Position numbers and translations under genes: made by a program
Source: a bacterium
GTDB taxonomy: Bacteria; Patescibacteriota; Patescibacteriia; UBA9934
NCBI GenBank assembly: GCA_027592325.1
Contig: JAQCKO010000002.1
Coordinates: forward strand, 18,392 to 82,391
DNA: 64,000 nucleotides
Direction: 5' to 3'
Part shown: in pieces, positions 18,187 through 30,079 of the stretch
Numbering within the stretch: the first letter of the stretch is position 1
Layout: each line of letters starts with the position of its first letter
The notes under the pieces: model-generated
Databases searched by the model: none
What the model was told of the DNA's origin: nothing
The model's input: the letters and a program-made list of their open reading frames with translations, nothing else

Positions 18187-19293
18187 TCACCCCATCTTAA
18201 AATGCTTCGAAAGCCGTGGTCCGCTTTGATTATAGTAATTACTTGAAAGACTGGCATCTCCGTAAGCAATTTCTGCAGGTGCGGAAAGATGTTCAAAAAT
18301 CATTTGGCAAATTGGCTGCCCATCACGAAGAATAAAGTCGTGATCATGCGTGAAGATTTCAAGAACACCTGGTGTTCCGGCTGTATTATTCTGCGCGCCG
18401 CCCCAGCCTGGATCGAAAAATCCGGCATAATGCGAGCGAAACTCGCCCTTGGTTTCATCGTAGGCAAGCATTTCGGCCGCCGCATTATTTGGAACGCGGA
18501 GGTATTCTTTGGTGACAAAAATGTAGAATTCACCTTTTTTCATGATGAATTGCCCGTTTTGAGGACGATGAATAGGCTCGAAAAAATCGAGCGCTTTATG
18601 ATCGCGCGCACTATAATCAAGCACCTTGGTGGTCGTTGGTGAGCATTTATACCCAACAATTTCGCTACTCGTAAGGTCGATACTCATTGGGATGCCGTTT
18701 CGGGTAATCATTTCTGGTAGAGGAAGTTTTGCACCTTCAAGAGAACGCAACAGTCCATGCTCCATATCTGCTTGACGATAGTCTGCTTCAGTATATGTGC
18801 GATCGCAGGTAAAGAATCGTATTTGATTCAGACGCTCACCATACCCAAGCTTCACCGGAAACGATTTTGGAATCACTTCAAGCCAAAGCTCTCCTTTATA
18901 CCTACGTGGTACACGGTCGAACGATGGCGCGCCACTGACAATCAGGCGGGTTTGAAGATTAATGCGGCCTGAAGAAGATTTATTATTTGTTCTTGCATGA
19001 ACAAAATCGGGGAGGTCTAATGATTCATTCAGCCGGATCCAGTAAATCCCATTCAGCTCAAGCGGCTGCGCTAAGCTCACAGGGAAGAGCATTCCTGACT
19101 TTAATAGCTCACGCGCATTCTCACCTTGGCGTGGCAAAAAACTTCCGCGCATGCGGTAAATTTCGCCTGAAATTGATAAGTCGAGGGAGGATGGCTGTAA
19201 ATGCTCCTCCACAGCATTTAGGACAAATCCCTCTCGGATGAGCTCGCGAATATGCTGAAACGCCAGCGCTCCGGAATTTGCCTGAATTGTCAT
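18187..19293 (-). CDS. dcd: dCTP deaminase, long two-domain (DCD) type
   Basis: LQPSSLDL, TNNKSSSGRINLQTRL, YKGELWLEVIPKSF, LNQIRF, GEFRSHYAGFFDPGWG, YYNQSGPRLSKHF. Confidence 0.9.
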   Translation of the reverse strand: MTIQANSGALAFQHIRELIREGFVLNAVEEHLQPSSLDLSISGEIYRMRGSFLPRQGENARELLKSGMLFPVSLAQPLELNGIYWIRLNESLDLPDFVHARTNNKSSSGRINLQTRLIVSGAPSFDRVPRRYKGELWLEVIPKSFPVKLGYGERLNQIRFFTCDRTYTEADYRQADMEHGLLRSLEGAKLPLPEMITRNGIPMSIDLTSSEIVGYKCSPTTTKVLDYSARDHKALDFFEPIHRPQNGQFIMKKGEFYIFVTKEYLRVPNNAAAEMLAYDETKGEFRSHYAGFFDPGWGGAQNNTAGTPGVLEIFTHDHDFILRDGQPICQMIFEHLSAPAEIAYGDASLSSNYYNQSGPRLSKHFKMG

Positions 19294-19409
19294 AATGTGG
19301 CCATTTTATCAAAGCTGCGAGCTATTAGCTAGTAGCTAATAGCTCGCGTTTGTCGAATTGTGGACAGCTAGTAGATTATATGGTCAGATGAAAGGGAAGG
19401 GGGTGCAGA

Positions 19410-19523
19410 TTGAAGACTGATCCGATCATAATCCTGGGAGGCGCTGTCATTTTTGGTCTCGTGTTTGCTGCTCTGCTCGGGCGGCTTCAGGGGCCGGGTG
19501 GTGCTCAGACTAAGGAGAAGTGA
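19410..19523 (+). CDS. 37-aa single-TM microprotein
   Basis: TTG start after AGGGGG; MKTDPIIILGGAVIFGLVFAALLGRLQGPGGAQTKEK; stop overlaps the next start (TGATG). Confidence 0.55.
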   Translation: MKTDPIIILGGAVIFGLVFAALLGRLQGPGGAQTKEK

Positions 19524-19645
19524 TGGAGCTGCTTGAAATTTTCTCGCTGCCAGATGTTTTCATGATCGTTCTGATACTTGCTACGGCAAGTATTGCCTGC
19601 GTGTACTATGTCATTGAGCTTATCGATTATAGCCGTGACAAGTGA
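19523..19645 (+). CDS. 40-aa single-TM microprotein
   Basis: TAAGGAG SD; MELLEIFSLPDVFMIVLILATASIACVYYVIELIDYSRDK; followed by a GC hairpin. Confidence 0.6.
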   Translation: MELLEIFSLPDVFMIVLILATASIACVYYVIELIDYSRDK

Positions 19646-19653
19646 ACACAACG

Positions 19654-19685
19654 AAGCGCGCTCCCGTTCGGGGAGCGCGCGCTTT
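19654..19685 (+). terminator. Terminator after the microprotein pair
   Basis: GCGCGCTCCC-GTTCG-GGGAGCGCGC followed by GCTTT. Confidence 0.7.
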
Positions 19686-19726
19686 GCTTATTTGGGCATG
19701 AATGACAATTCGTACAAATAAAAACG

Positions 19727-19756
19727 CAAATGAGCGGCCAATAGGCCGCTCATTTG
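19727..19756 (-). terminator. Terminator of rplA
   Basis: CAAATGAGCGGCC-AATA-GGCCGCTCATTTG with an A-run to its left (T-run on the minus strand). Confidence 0.8.
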
Positions 19757-19774
19757 GTATACAGAGATTTGCTA

Positions 19775-20458
19775 TTAGAACTGTGTGGTATCTATCGCCA
19801 CGGCCGGTCCCATGGTTGAGGTCATAGTTGCTGACTTCATGAATGTGCCTTTTACACCGTTTGGTCGTGATCGCTTTATTGCGTCAACGACGGTTTGTAC
19901 GTTTTCTGTAAGCTTTTCTAAATCGAAAGAAGCTTTTCCAGCGATAACGTGCACATTGCAGGTATTATCGTTTTTGAAGGCAACCTTTCCGCCCTTTTGT
20001 TCCTTCACCATTTTTTCCACATTTGGTCCAACAGTGTCGGTTTTTGGGTTTGGCATCAGTCCACGCGGTCCAAGTACACGCGCCGCTTTTGCAAGCTTTG
20101 CCATCATGCTTGGAACAGCAACGGCAACATCGAAATCAATCTTCCCAGTCTTTACGATCTGATCGATAGTTTCTTCGGTTCCAATGATGTCCGCTCCTGC
20201 TTCTTTTGCAGCGGTTTCATTTGTTGAGTCAACGAATGCTGCAACGCGCACGGTTTTTCCTGATCCATGTGGTAGAACAACTGTTCCACGAATTTGCTGA
20301 TCGCCTTGCTTCGGATCAATGTTGACATTGAAGTGTAGCTCGATAGTTTCATCGAATTTTGCGGTTGCGGCGTTCTTTGTCATGGCTACTGCCTCTTCGA
20401 TACTGTAAAGCTTTCCTTTTTCGAGACCTTTTGTCGCCTCGGTTAATCGTTTTGACAT
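19775..20458 (-). CDS. rplA: 50S ribosomal protein L1
   Basis: AKFDETIE, DQQIRGTVVLPHGSGK, LGPRGLMPNPK, STMGP. Confidence 0.98.
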   Translation of the reverse strand: MSKRLTEATKGLEKGKLYSIEEAVAMTKNAATAKFDETIELHFNVNIDPKQGDQQIRGTVVLPHGSGKTVRVAAFVDSTNETAAKEAGADIIGTEETIDQIVKTGKIDFDVAVAVPSMMAKLAKAARVLGPRGLMPNPKTDTVGPNVEKMVKEQKGGKVAFKNDNTCNVHVIAGKASFDLEKLTENVQTVVDAIKRSRPNGVKGTFMKSATMTSTMGPAVAIDTTQF

Positions 20459-20467
20459 AGTGTTATT

Positions 20468-20503
20468 GTAGTTCGGTCGACCACACATGATCTGGTCTCC
20501 TAC
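20468..20503 (-). promoter_or_regulatory. Putative L1-binding autoregulatory RNA element
   Basis: GTAGGAG-ACCA-loop-TGGT-CGACCGAA-CTAC: two helices with a GGAG / G..AA internal loop, just before the rplA ATG. Confidence 0.6.
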
Positions 20504-20514
20504 GAATTAATAAG

Positions 20515-20898
20515 TTATTTTGATAGATTTTCCTTTTTATACTCGTTCCACACAATACGGAAGTGAAGGAAGAAGAGCGGAAGAAAAATCAGGAAGAACG
20601 AGAGATTTTGCACCGCTTGCTGTGCTTTTTCTTGTGCATAACTCTCTATTGAAATCTCACGTCGTCGTTCACAATTTTCAAGAAGCTGTGTATCGGTGAA
20701 TTCCTCTTCATCTTTTGGTACGCGCAAGTCGAACTCTGTGCATGTTTCAAGGTATCTTGGAACATCTGCCGCTTTAAAAACATATGTTTTTAAACCAGTT
20801 TCGAGTAGCTGAGCGCTGCTTACCGCAAGCATAATCAGCGCTATTGCAGAAATGACGATGAAATACAGGCGTACAAGGAATGAGCCAATTTGCTTCAT
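20515..20898 (-). CDS. Two-TM membrane protein (DUF5671-like) between rplK and rplA
   Basis: RLYFIVISAIALIML...LPLFFLHFR pattern; Cys pair in the loop. Confidence 0.7.
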   Translation of the reverse strand: MKQIGSFLVRLYFIVISAIALIMLAVSSAQLLETGLKTYVFKAADVPRYLETCTEFDLRVPKDEEEFTDTQLLENCERRREISIESYAQEKAQQAVQNLSFFLIFLPLFFLHFRIVWNEYKKENLSK

Positions 20899-20915
20899 AG
20901 AAATGCGACAGCGAT

Positions 20916-21341
20916 TTATTTAACCTCAACGCCCATTTGACGGCATGTTCCTGCTACAACTTTCATTGCTTGTTCGACATCTGACGTATTGAGATCTGGG
21001 AGTTTCGCCTCTGCAATTTCGCGAAGTTGTGCTTCCGAAATACTCCCAACTTTTTCTGTAAGGGGCTTTCCAGATCCTTTTTTGATCTTTGCCGCTTTTT
21101 TGATAAGCTCCGCTGTTGGCGGGGTTTTAAGGACAAAGCTGAAGCTGCGATCTTCGTAAATGGTGAGAACGGCAGGTACCACTTCGCCGCGACGATCTTG
21201 CGTTGCATTATTGAATTCGGTGATGAATTGTTGAATATTCACACCATGCTGACCAAGGGTTGGTCCAAGTGGAGGTGCTGGGCTTGCTGCACCGCCTGTT
21301 GCCTGCACCTTAATAACAGTGAGGATTCTCTTCTTTGCCAT
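20916..21341 (-). CDS. rplK: 50S ribosomal protein L11
   Basis: [40 protein letters not shown]. Confidence 0.98.
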   Translation of the reverse strand: MAKKRILTVIKVQATGGAASPAPPLGPTLGQHGVNIQQFITEFNNATQDRRGEVVPAVLTIYEDRSFSFVLKTPPTAELIKKAAKIKKGSGKPLTEKVGSISEAQLREIAEAKLPDLNTSDVEQAMKVVAGTCRQMGVEVK

Positions 21342-21429
21342 ACGATAGCTGTTTACAGTGGATTCCGCAGTCCCCCGAAGCATGAGCGAAGGAGGATCGT
21401 TGGGCGACCACATCGTGATTTATGGGCGG

Positions 21430-21458
21430 ATATTAGTTGAAATAGGCGATTTTGTCAA
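21430..21458 (-). promoter_or_regulatory. Sigma70 promoter for rplK
   Basis: TTGACA-17 nt-TAATAT on the minus strand. Confidence 0.75.
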
Positions 21459-21641
21459 GGGATTTGAAGGTTGGAGGGTGGAAGGTCAATTCATAAATTC
21501 CCGGCATAAGTAAGAGCATCAATATTGGTGAAATGACAAGCGACAATAGCATTAAAATCGGCTTTTTTCAATAAAAGCAACCAAAAAGACCAGCCTTTTC
21601 CCAGTCTGACAGGGTTGGGCCGGTCTTTCGTGCTAACTGTC

Positions 21642-21698
21642 CGGCTGTCGCTTTGCTCAGTCGGATCCGGCACTCATAGAAGATGAGCTGCCGGACTA
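21642..21698. repeat. Dispersed repeat (direct relative of 33165-33220)
   Basis: GGCTGTCG...CTCAG..GGAT.CGG.ACTC...AAGATGAGCTGCC.GAC shared. Confidence 0.7.
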
Positions 21699-21707
21699 CT
21701 TGCTCAT

Positions 21708-22253
21708 CTAAACCTTCTTAATCTGCAAGAAGTCGAGTTCTACTGGTGTTTCTCGTCCGAACATGGAAACGAGTACCTTCACTTTACCACGTTGTTCATC
21801 AACTTCATCCACCTTTCCTTGCTGGTCTTTGAATGGACCGTCGGTGATTTGTACAGGATCGCCAGCGACAACATCAAGCTTAAATTCAGGCTCTTCTACC
21901 GCAACACGCTTCATGAGCGAATCGATTTCTTCTTGCGCGATTGGGGTAGGGGTTGTTCCTGTTCCGATGAATCCGGTGACATTTGGTGTATTTCGGACAA
22001 CATACCAAGAGTCATCGGTAACAATCATCTCAACAAGTACGTATCCTGGGAAAATCTTCTCCTCAATCACCTTACGTTTCCCATTTTTAATTTTGATTTT
22101 TTTCTCTTTCGGAACAAGGACATTGAAAATTTTGTCTTCCATGTCCATCGTATCAATACGCTGCTGAAGTCCCTCTGAGACATTTTCTTCATACCCAGAG
22201 TAGGTATGAATGGCGTACCATCGGCGGCCGTAATTGGCGGTTTGTTTTGCCAT
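21708..22253 (-). CDS. nusG: Transcription termination/antitermination factor NusG
   Basis: WYAIHTYSGYE, IFPGYVLVEM, VRNTPNVTGF, DGPF, MFGRETPVEL. Confidence 0.98.
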   Translation of the reverse strand: MAKQTANYGRRWYAIHTYSGYEENVSEGLQQRIDTMDMEDKIFNVLVPKEKKIKIKNGKRKVIEEKIFPGYVLVEMIVTDDSWYVVRNTPNVTGFIGTGTTPTPIAQEEIDSLMKRVAVEEPEFKLDVVAGDPVQITDGPFKDQQGKVDEVDEQRGKVKVLVSMFGRETPVELDFLQIKKV

Positions 22254-22255
22254 AG

Positions 22256-22453
22256 TTAAAGGGAGAGTAGTCCTTTCAGACCGAGTTGAATAACAAAGTC
22301 GAGAACGCCGAAGTAAATTCCGGCGGCGAGAGCGGATACAGCAACAATAATGCTGTATTTAATCACCTCTTTTTGTGTTGGCCAGGTGACTTTTTCCATC
22401 TCTTGCTTTGCTTCGATGAAATACTTCACGGCCGGAACGTTTGCGAGTTTCAT
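22256..22453 (-). CDS. secE: Preprotein translocase subunit SecE
   Basis: EMEKVTWPTQKE plus TM helix, directly upstream of nusG. Confidence 0.95.
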   Translation of the reverse strand: MKLANVPAVKYFIEAKQEMEKVTWPTQKEVIKYSIIVAVSALAAGIYFGVLDFVIQLGLKGLLSL

Positions 22454-22498
22454 AGCGGTATTTTAAAATCCCCGTTTCCCGGGAATTACGCCTGAAGT

Positions 22499-22981
22499 TT
22501 ACGGGGATTTTTCTGTATTGTCAAGGTTGATACGGTTGCACACGGCCTCAAATTTTTTCAGTGCGCCAATTTGGACCTCTTCTAGGTGAATTTCTGGGCG
22601 TTTTGAGGCAATCAATGCGATGGCGTCTTCAGAGGACATCTTGTTGTATTTGATCAGATACGCGGCAACAAGGGTTGGGCTGCGTCCGTGACCATTCATA
22701 CAATGAACGTAGACGTTGTCGCCGGCTTCAATCACATTGTGTATGAAATCGACTCCTAGCCAAAGCGCTTTTTGTGTTGGGGCTGTTTTATCTATGGTTG
22801 GAAGCCACAAGTACATCTCAACCCCGTGTGCAGCATCAATGCGTTCGGCTTCGAGGCTGATATCAGCAGTGATGCCTTTTTTAAGGAGATCTTCCTCAAA
22901 ATGATCGATGCAGCAAGAATTTGTCCCAAGCCAAATGTGATCAGTGATTTGATTGTGGGCCATTTGGACGTGAGTTTTCAT
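22499..22981 (-). CDS. Dual-specificity protein phosphatase family protein
   Basis: VYVHCMNGHGRSPTLVAAYL (CX5R), LPTIDKTAP acid loop, QITDHIWLG. Confidence 0.9.
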   Translation of the reverse strand: MKTHVQMAHNQITDHIWLGTNSCCIDHFEEDLLKKGITADISLEAERIDAAHGVEMYLWLPTIDKTAPTQKALWLGVDFIHNVIEAGDNVYVHCMNGHGRSPTLVAAYLIKYNKMSSEDAIALIASKRPEIHLEEVQIGALKKFEAVCNRINLDNTEKSP

Positions 22982-23008
22982 ACGAGGTTTTAGAGCGACG
23001 CAGCGTCT

Positions 23009-25972
<2,964 letters not shown>

Positions 25973-26125
25973 AGGAAAGGTGTTAGCTTGTCTGTTGTGG
26001 CTGGTTCGCTTTGCTCGTTTAAATTATTGGGATGTTGACTCGTTCGTCATCCTGCAAACGTAGGAATTCACCAAGCCGCTCTTCCTCTCACACCTCCAAC
26101 CTCAAACCTGTGCTAATCTCTTCAC

Positions 26126-27235
26126 ATGCGCCCTCAGAATATCCTCCGATTTCTACAGCGGCTTGATTGGGCCATTATTGCAAGCGTGGCGACGCTTTTG
26201 TTTTTAGGATTTGCGGCTATTTATTCCGTTGAACTTTCGCGCGGGGTTGGTTTTTTGCTTATGAGAAAGCAATTTGTTGCGTTCTTTATTGGAATCATGT
26301 GTTCCATTTTTTTGCTTACTCGTGCAAATGGCACTGTTCGCGGGTATGGACGGCTTTTTTATCTGTTGGGGATTCTCTTTCTGATTTTTGTGCTTTTTTT
26401 CGGACGTACGGTAAATGGAACGACAGGTTGGTTCTCGCTGGGTATTTTTTCGTTTCAACCAGTTGAGTATATGAAAATTGCTCTCTTATTGCCGCTTGCA
26501 CATATTTTTGGGGAACCGAAAGCCAAGCATTTGACGTGGCGGGCATTGTGGCAAAGTGTATTGGTGCTCGGGCTTCCAACCGTATTAGTGGCGCTTCAGC
26601 CAGACTATGGAAGCGCAATGTTGATGGTTGCGACGTGGGGAGTGATGTTTCTCTTTGCGCGACCAACATGGACTCAGCTACTTGCGCTTATCGGAGGAGC
26701 GTTGTTTGCGGGAGTGATTTTTTGGGGGTTTTTACTGCAAGATTATCAACTAGAACGTCTTGCTGTGTTTATGAATCCCGCGCTTGATCCGCTTGATACA
26801 GGCTACAATATTACGCAGGCAAAAATTGCGATTGGATCAGGAGGTTTTTTGGGGAGTGGACTTGGTTTTGGATCACAATCTCGTCTTCACTTCCTTCCAG
26901 AAAGTCATACAGATTTTATTTTTGCAGTTATTGCAGAAGAACTTGGATTTATTGGGGTGCTCATTTTGCTTGTAGCGCTTAGCGTTGTCTTTATGCGTAC
27001 CATTGTGCTGATGTACAAAACGAAAAATGGATTTCTGGCGATGTTGCTTTTAGGGATTTTTGCCTTATTATTTACACAATCTGGAGTAAATATTGCGATG
27101 AATCTTGGCTTATTTCCTACAATTGGTGTTGCTCTCCCATTTGTCAGCTATGGGGGGTCTTCTCTGATAATGTGGCTTATTGCTGTAGGAATAATTGAAA
27201 GTATTGCGATTCTAGAGGGTGACGCACGTACATAA
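26126..27235 (+). CDS. rodA: SEDS family peptidoglycan glycosyltransferase (RodA/FtsW)
   Basis: GTTGWF, FQPVEYMK, LQPDYGSA, GYNITQAKIAIGSGG, LPESHTDFIF, LPFVSYGGSS. Confidence 0.92.
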   Translation: MRPQNILRFLQRLDWAIIASVATLLFLGFAAIYSVELSRGVGFLLMRKQFVAFFIGIMCSIFLLTRANGTVRGYGRLFYLLGILFLIFVLFFGRTVNGTTGWFSLGIFSFQPVEYMKIALLLPLAHIFGEPKAKHLTWRALWQSVLVLGLPTVLVALQPDYGSAMLMVATWGVMFLFARPTWTQLLALIGGALFAGVIFWGFLLQDYQLERLAVFMNPALDPLDTGYNITQAKIAIGSGGFLGSGLGFGSQSRLHFLPESHTDFIFAVIAEELGFIGVLILLVALSVVFMRTIVLMYKTKNGFLAMLLLGIFALLFTQSGVNIAMNLGLFPTIGVALPFVSYGGSSLIMWLIAVGIIESIAILEGDART

Positions 27236-27306
27236 TGGTATAATCTTCATCGTAAGTGTTGACAAAAAATTGAGAATAAGGTGAAATAGGCCTATTTTAC
27301 GGCAAT

Positions 27307-27960
27307 ATGGAAAATGACATGAAACTAAACGCTGAAAAGCGTGAACTCGCAGGACGATCGACCGATGCTTTACGTACAGTAGGTATCGTACCGGGCGTTA
27401 TGTATGGATTCGCAATCGAACCGGTCAACATTCAGCTTGATCGCAATAGCGTGAAGCGTGCAATTGATATGGGGGGAGAAAGCACGGTTACGCAACTTAT
27501 GCTTGATGGAGTTGAGCATCCTGTTCTAATTCAAGAAGTGCAAAAAGATCCTCTTACAGGGTTTGTGTCACATGTCGATTTTCGTCGTGTGAATATGACG
27601 GAAACGGTAGAAGCAGCAATCGCCATTAAGCTTACAGGAGAAGCGCCAGCTGTGAAGACACTCGGTGGTACGCTCATTCAGCTGCTTGAGGAAGTAGAGG
27701 TGAAGGCACTTCCTTCTGCGCTTGTAAAAGAAATTGAAGTTTCTGTGCAAACGCTTCTGACGTTCGATGACATGATTCATGTGTCTGACATGGTAATCCC
27801 AGAGGGTGTTGAGATTCTGAATGATGGCGATCAAGCCGTAGCTTCTGTGCAGCCACCACGTACACAGGAAGAAATGGAAGCACTTGAAAGTGAAGTCATT
27901 GTTCCAGAAGTAGTAGTAGCTGCTGATAAAGAAGAAAAAACGGAAGAAAAATCTTCTTAA
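27307..27960 (+). CDS. rplY: 50S ribosomal protein L25/Ctc
   Basis: LRTVGIVPGVMYG, VLIQEVQKDP, HVDFRRV, GGTLIQ. Confidence 0.95.
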   Translation: MENDMKLNAEKRELAGRSTDALRTVGIVPGVMYGFAIEPVNIQLDRNSVKRAIDMGGESTVTQLMLDGVEHPVLIQEVQKDPLTGFVSHVDFRRVNMTETVEAAIAIKLTGEAPAVKTLGGTLIQLLEEVEVKALPSALVKEIEVSVQTLLTFDDMIHVSDMVIPEGVEILNDGDQAVASVQPPRTQEEMEALESEVIVPEVVVAADKEEKTEEKSS

Positions 27961-27964
27961 GAAT

Positions 27965-29083
27965 ATGAAAAAAACCGCAACAACACGCGGAAAAAGAAGC
28001 GAGCTTCAAGCGAAGCTCGCTTCTTTTTTTCGAAAAAATCGCGCAATTCTGCTTGGGGCTCTTGGAGTGATTCTTGTCCTCGCGTTGATTGCGCTTGCGA
28101 CGGGACAGCAGGTGCGCGATGCTTCACTTGGAGAGGAAAAGGGGAGCGTTACGCAACAAGAACCTATTCGACATCCGCTCACTGGGGAAGAGCTTGCGGA
28201 ACCGCTTAATGTCCTTCCGACGGTTATTTCAGTGATGATTGAAAATGCCGCAGACAGCTGGCCACTTTCAGGATTGAACAGTGCGTTTATGGTAATTGAA
28301 GCGCCGGTGGAGGGGAATATTCCTCGCTTCATTGCCTACTATGAAGAAGATGCTCGCGCAGATAAAATTGGACCGGTGCGGTCAGCGCGACCGTATTACG
28401 TTGACTGGGCGACCATGTTCGGGGCCGTATATGCGCACGTAGGTGGATCGCCAGAAGCACTCGAACTCATCTCAACACGTCCAATTTGGGATTTGAATCA
28501 ATTCTTTGAAAGCGAATATTTTTATCGTGAAAATAGCGGTACACGCTTTGCGCCGCATAATGTCTTTACATCGTCTGCACTCCTTCGTTTAGCGCTCGAG
28601 GAGCTTAAGCCAGATCAGCCAGTGTATGAGGGGTTTGCATTTGGAGCAGAAGCGTCAAACAAAGGAATGGTATCGCCACAGATTCAAATGGGCGCAGGGT
28701 ATGACATCACCTGGCTTTATGATGAAGATATGAATGAATATGTACGATATTACGGCGCACAGACAGCTGAAGTTGATGACGCATTAGTCCGGCTAGAAGA
28801 TGGTTCGCATGTCTATGCAGACACTGTTGTGGCGCTTGAAATGCCTATTTCAACTGTTGACGCTGTTGGGCGCAAGCGTATTCAGACAACGGGGACAGGA
28901 AATGCCTACGTATTCAAAGATGGAAATGTTGCTCCTGGTATTTGGGAGCGATTAGGCCAATCTGAGGTCTACACGTTCGTAGGACAAGACGGAAATACGT
29001 TAACGCTCAATCCGGGGAGAACTTGGATACACGTTGTTTCCTCTCTTGATGACCAAATTGTGCTACCAGGCCTTTATGAGTAA
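27965..29083 (+). CDS. DUF3048 domain protein (YerB-like), membrane anchored
   Basis: HPLTG, VMIEN, VEGNIPRF, IGPVRSARPY, AHVGGS, APHNVF, LNPGRTWI. Confidence 0.85.
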   Translation: MKKTATTRGKRSELQAKLASFFRKNRAILLGALGVILVLALIALATGQQVRDASLGEEKGSVTQQEPIRHPLTGEELAEPLNVLPTVISVMIENAADSWPLSGLNSAFMVIEAPVEGNIPRFIAYYEEDARADKIGPVRSARPYYVDWATMFGAVYAHVGGSPEALELISTRPIWDLNQFFESEYFYRENSGTRFAPHNVFTSSALLRLALEELKPDQPVYEGFAFGAEASNKGMVSPQIQMGAGYDITWLYDEDMNEYVRYYGAQTAEVDDALVRLEDGSHVYADTVVALEMPISTVDAVGRKRIQTTGTGNAYVFKDGNVAPGIWERLGQSEVYTFVGQDGNTLTLNPGRTWIHVVSSLDDQIVLPGLYE

Positions 29084-29950
29084 GAATCGATCACGAAGAG
29101 AAAGATCCTTCCTCACTTCTGCTTCGGCGCGAGGGAGGATATTTTTTAAGAGCAGTAAAAGGCTATTGGTTTGATCGGGGTGATACTCAATATAGATGTG
29201 GAGTTCACGTGGAAGATATGATTGATTTGCTGCTATTTGACGGAAAAGGTCATGGTAATGGTTGAGTCCGTCAATTCCAGAAAAAAGTGCATGGTGAGGT
29301 TCAAATCGTAGGACATCATCTGTCATTGTCTTGCTAAGATGAAAGGGAAGATAGGGAAGATTCGCTGCAATGACGCCACGACGAAATTCTGAGAATGATC
29401 CACGTGCCAAAATTGGTTCGAGCAGAGAGCCGTGTAACAGTGTGAGTTGATTTGCAGCATGCAAATCGCGATTACGTCGTGCAAGACGCAAGCTATGTGC
29501 ATCGATTTCGGTTCCAATAACAGGCTCGTCTGTTTCGAGCGCCAGCGTGGTTGCGAGCATGCCGCTTCCTGTACCTATCTCTAAAAGAAAATCGCCTTTA
29601 CGAATATCACGTAGGAGCATTTCCGCAAGTTCTTCCGTTTCAGGCCGGGGCGTTAGTACATGTCGATTTACATAAAAATCGCGTCCAAAAAATGGTTGCG
29701 TACCGAGAATGTGTGATATTGGCTCACCTTCAGTCCTACGTTTCACGAGGTGAATGAATGTGTCGGCGATCGCATTTGGAAGCGTTTCATCTATTGCCAC
29801 AATGAGCTGCGTTTTCGTTTTTCCACTTGCGTTCGCAAGGAGTGCTTGTGCTTCAAGCGCTGTATTCACGAAGCCGTCAGGCTGCGTTGCTGCAAAAGCG
29901 CTGAGTTGAATTTTTGCCCACTGGAGGGCATCGAGTATGGTCATGCTCAT
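29063..29950 (-). CDS. prmC: Release factor glutamine methyltransferase
   Basis: RRTEGEPISHILG, VLTPRPETE, EIGTGSG, ANLPY, EPHHALFSGIDGL; downstream of prfA. Confidence 0.93.
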   Translation of the reverse strand: MSMTILDALQWAKIQLSAFAATQPDGFVNTALEAQALLANASGKTKTQLIVAIDETLPNAIADTFIHLVKRRTEGEPISHILGTQPFFGRDFYVNRHVLTPRPETEELAEMLLRDIRKGDFLLEIGTGSGMLATTLALETDEPVIGTEIDAHSLRLARRNRDLHAANQLTLLHGSLLEPILARGSFSEFRRGVIAANLPYLPFHLSKTMTDDVLRFEPHHALFSGIDGLNHYHDLFRQIAANQSYLPRELHIYIEYHPDQTNSLLLLLKNILPRAEAEVRKDLSLRDRFLLIKAW

Positions 29951-30079
29951 GTTACAGGTTTCGGTTTGTGGGTGTGACATTCGTACACCGTTTATTGTTC
30001 TAAAAGATTGTTATCAAAACGAATAAAGCGAGCATCGAATAGAGTGTAGTTCCACAAACGTGCCGTAGGCAACGAACTG

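Noticed and set aside
21342-21420. L1-binding site in the rplK leader
   Set aside because: A hairpin is present but lacks the GGAG internal-loop geometry seen before rplA
22454-22500. tRNA-Trp or rpmG often found upstream of secE
   Set aside because: No cloverleaf, T-loop or ORF in this short spacer
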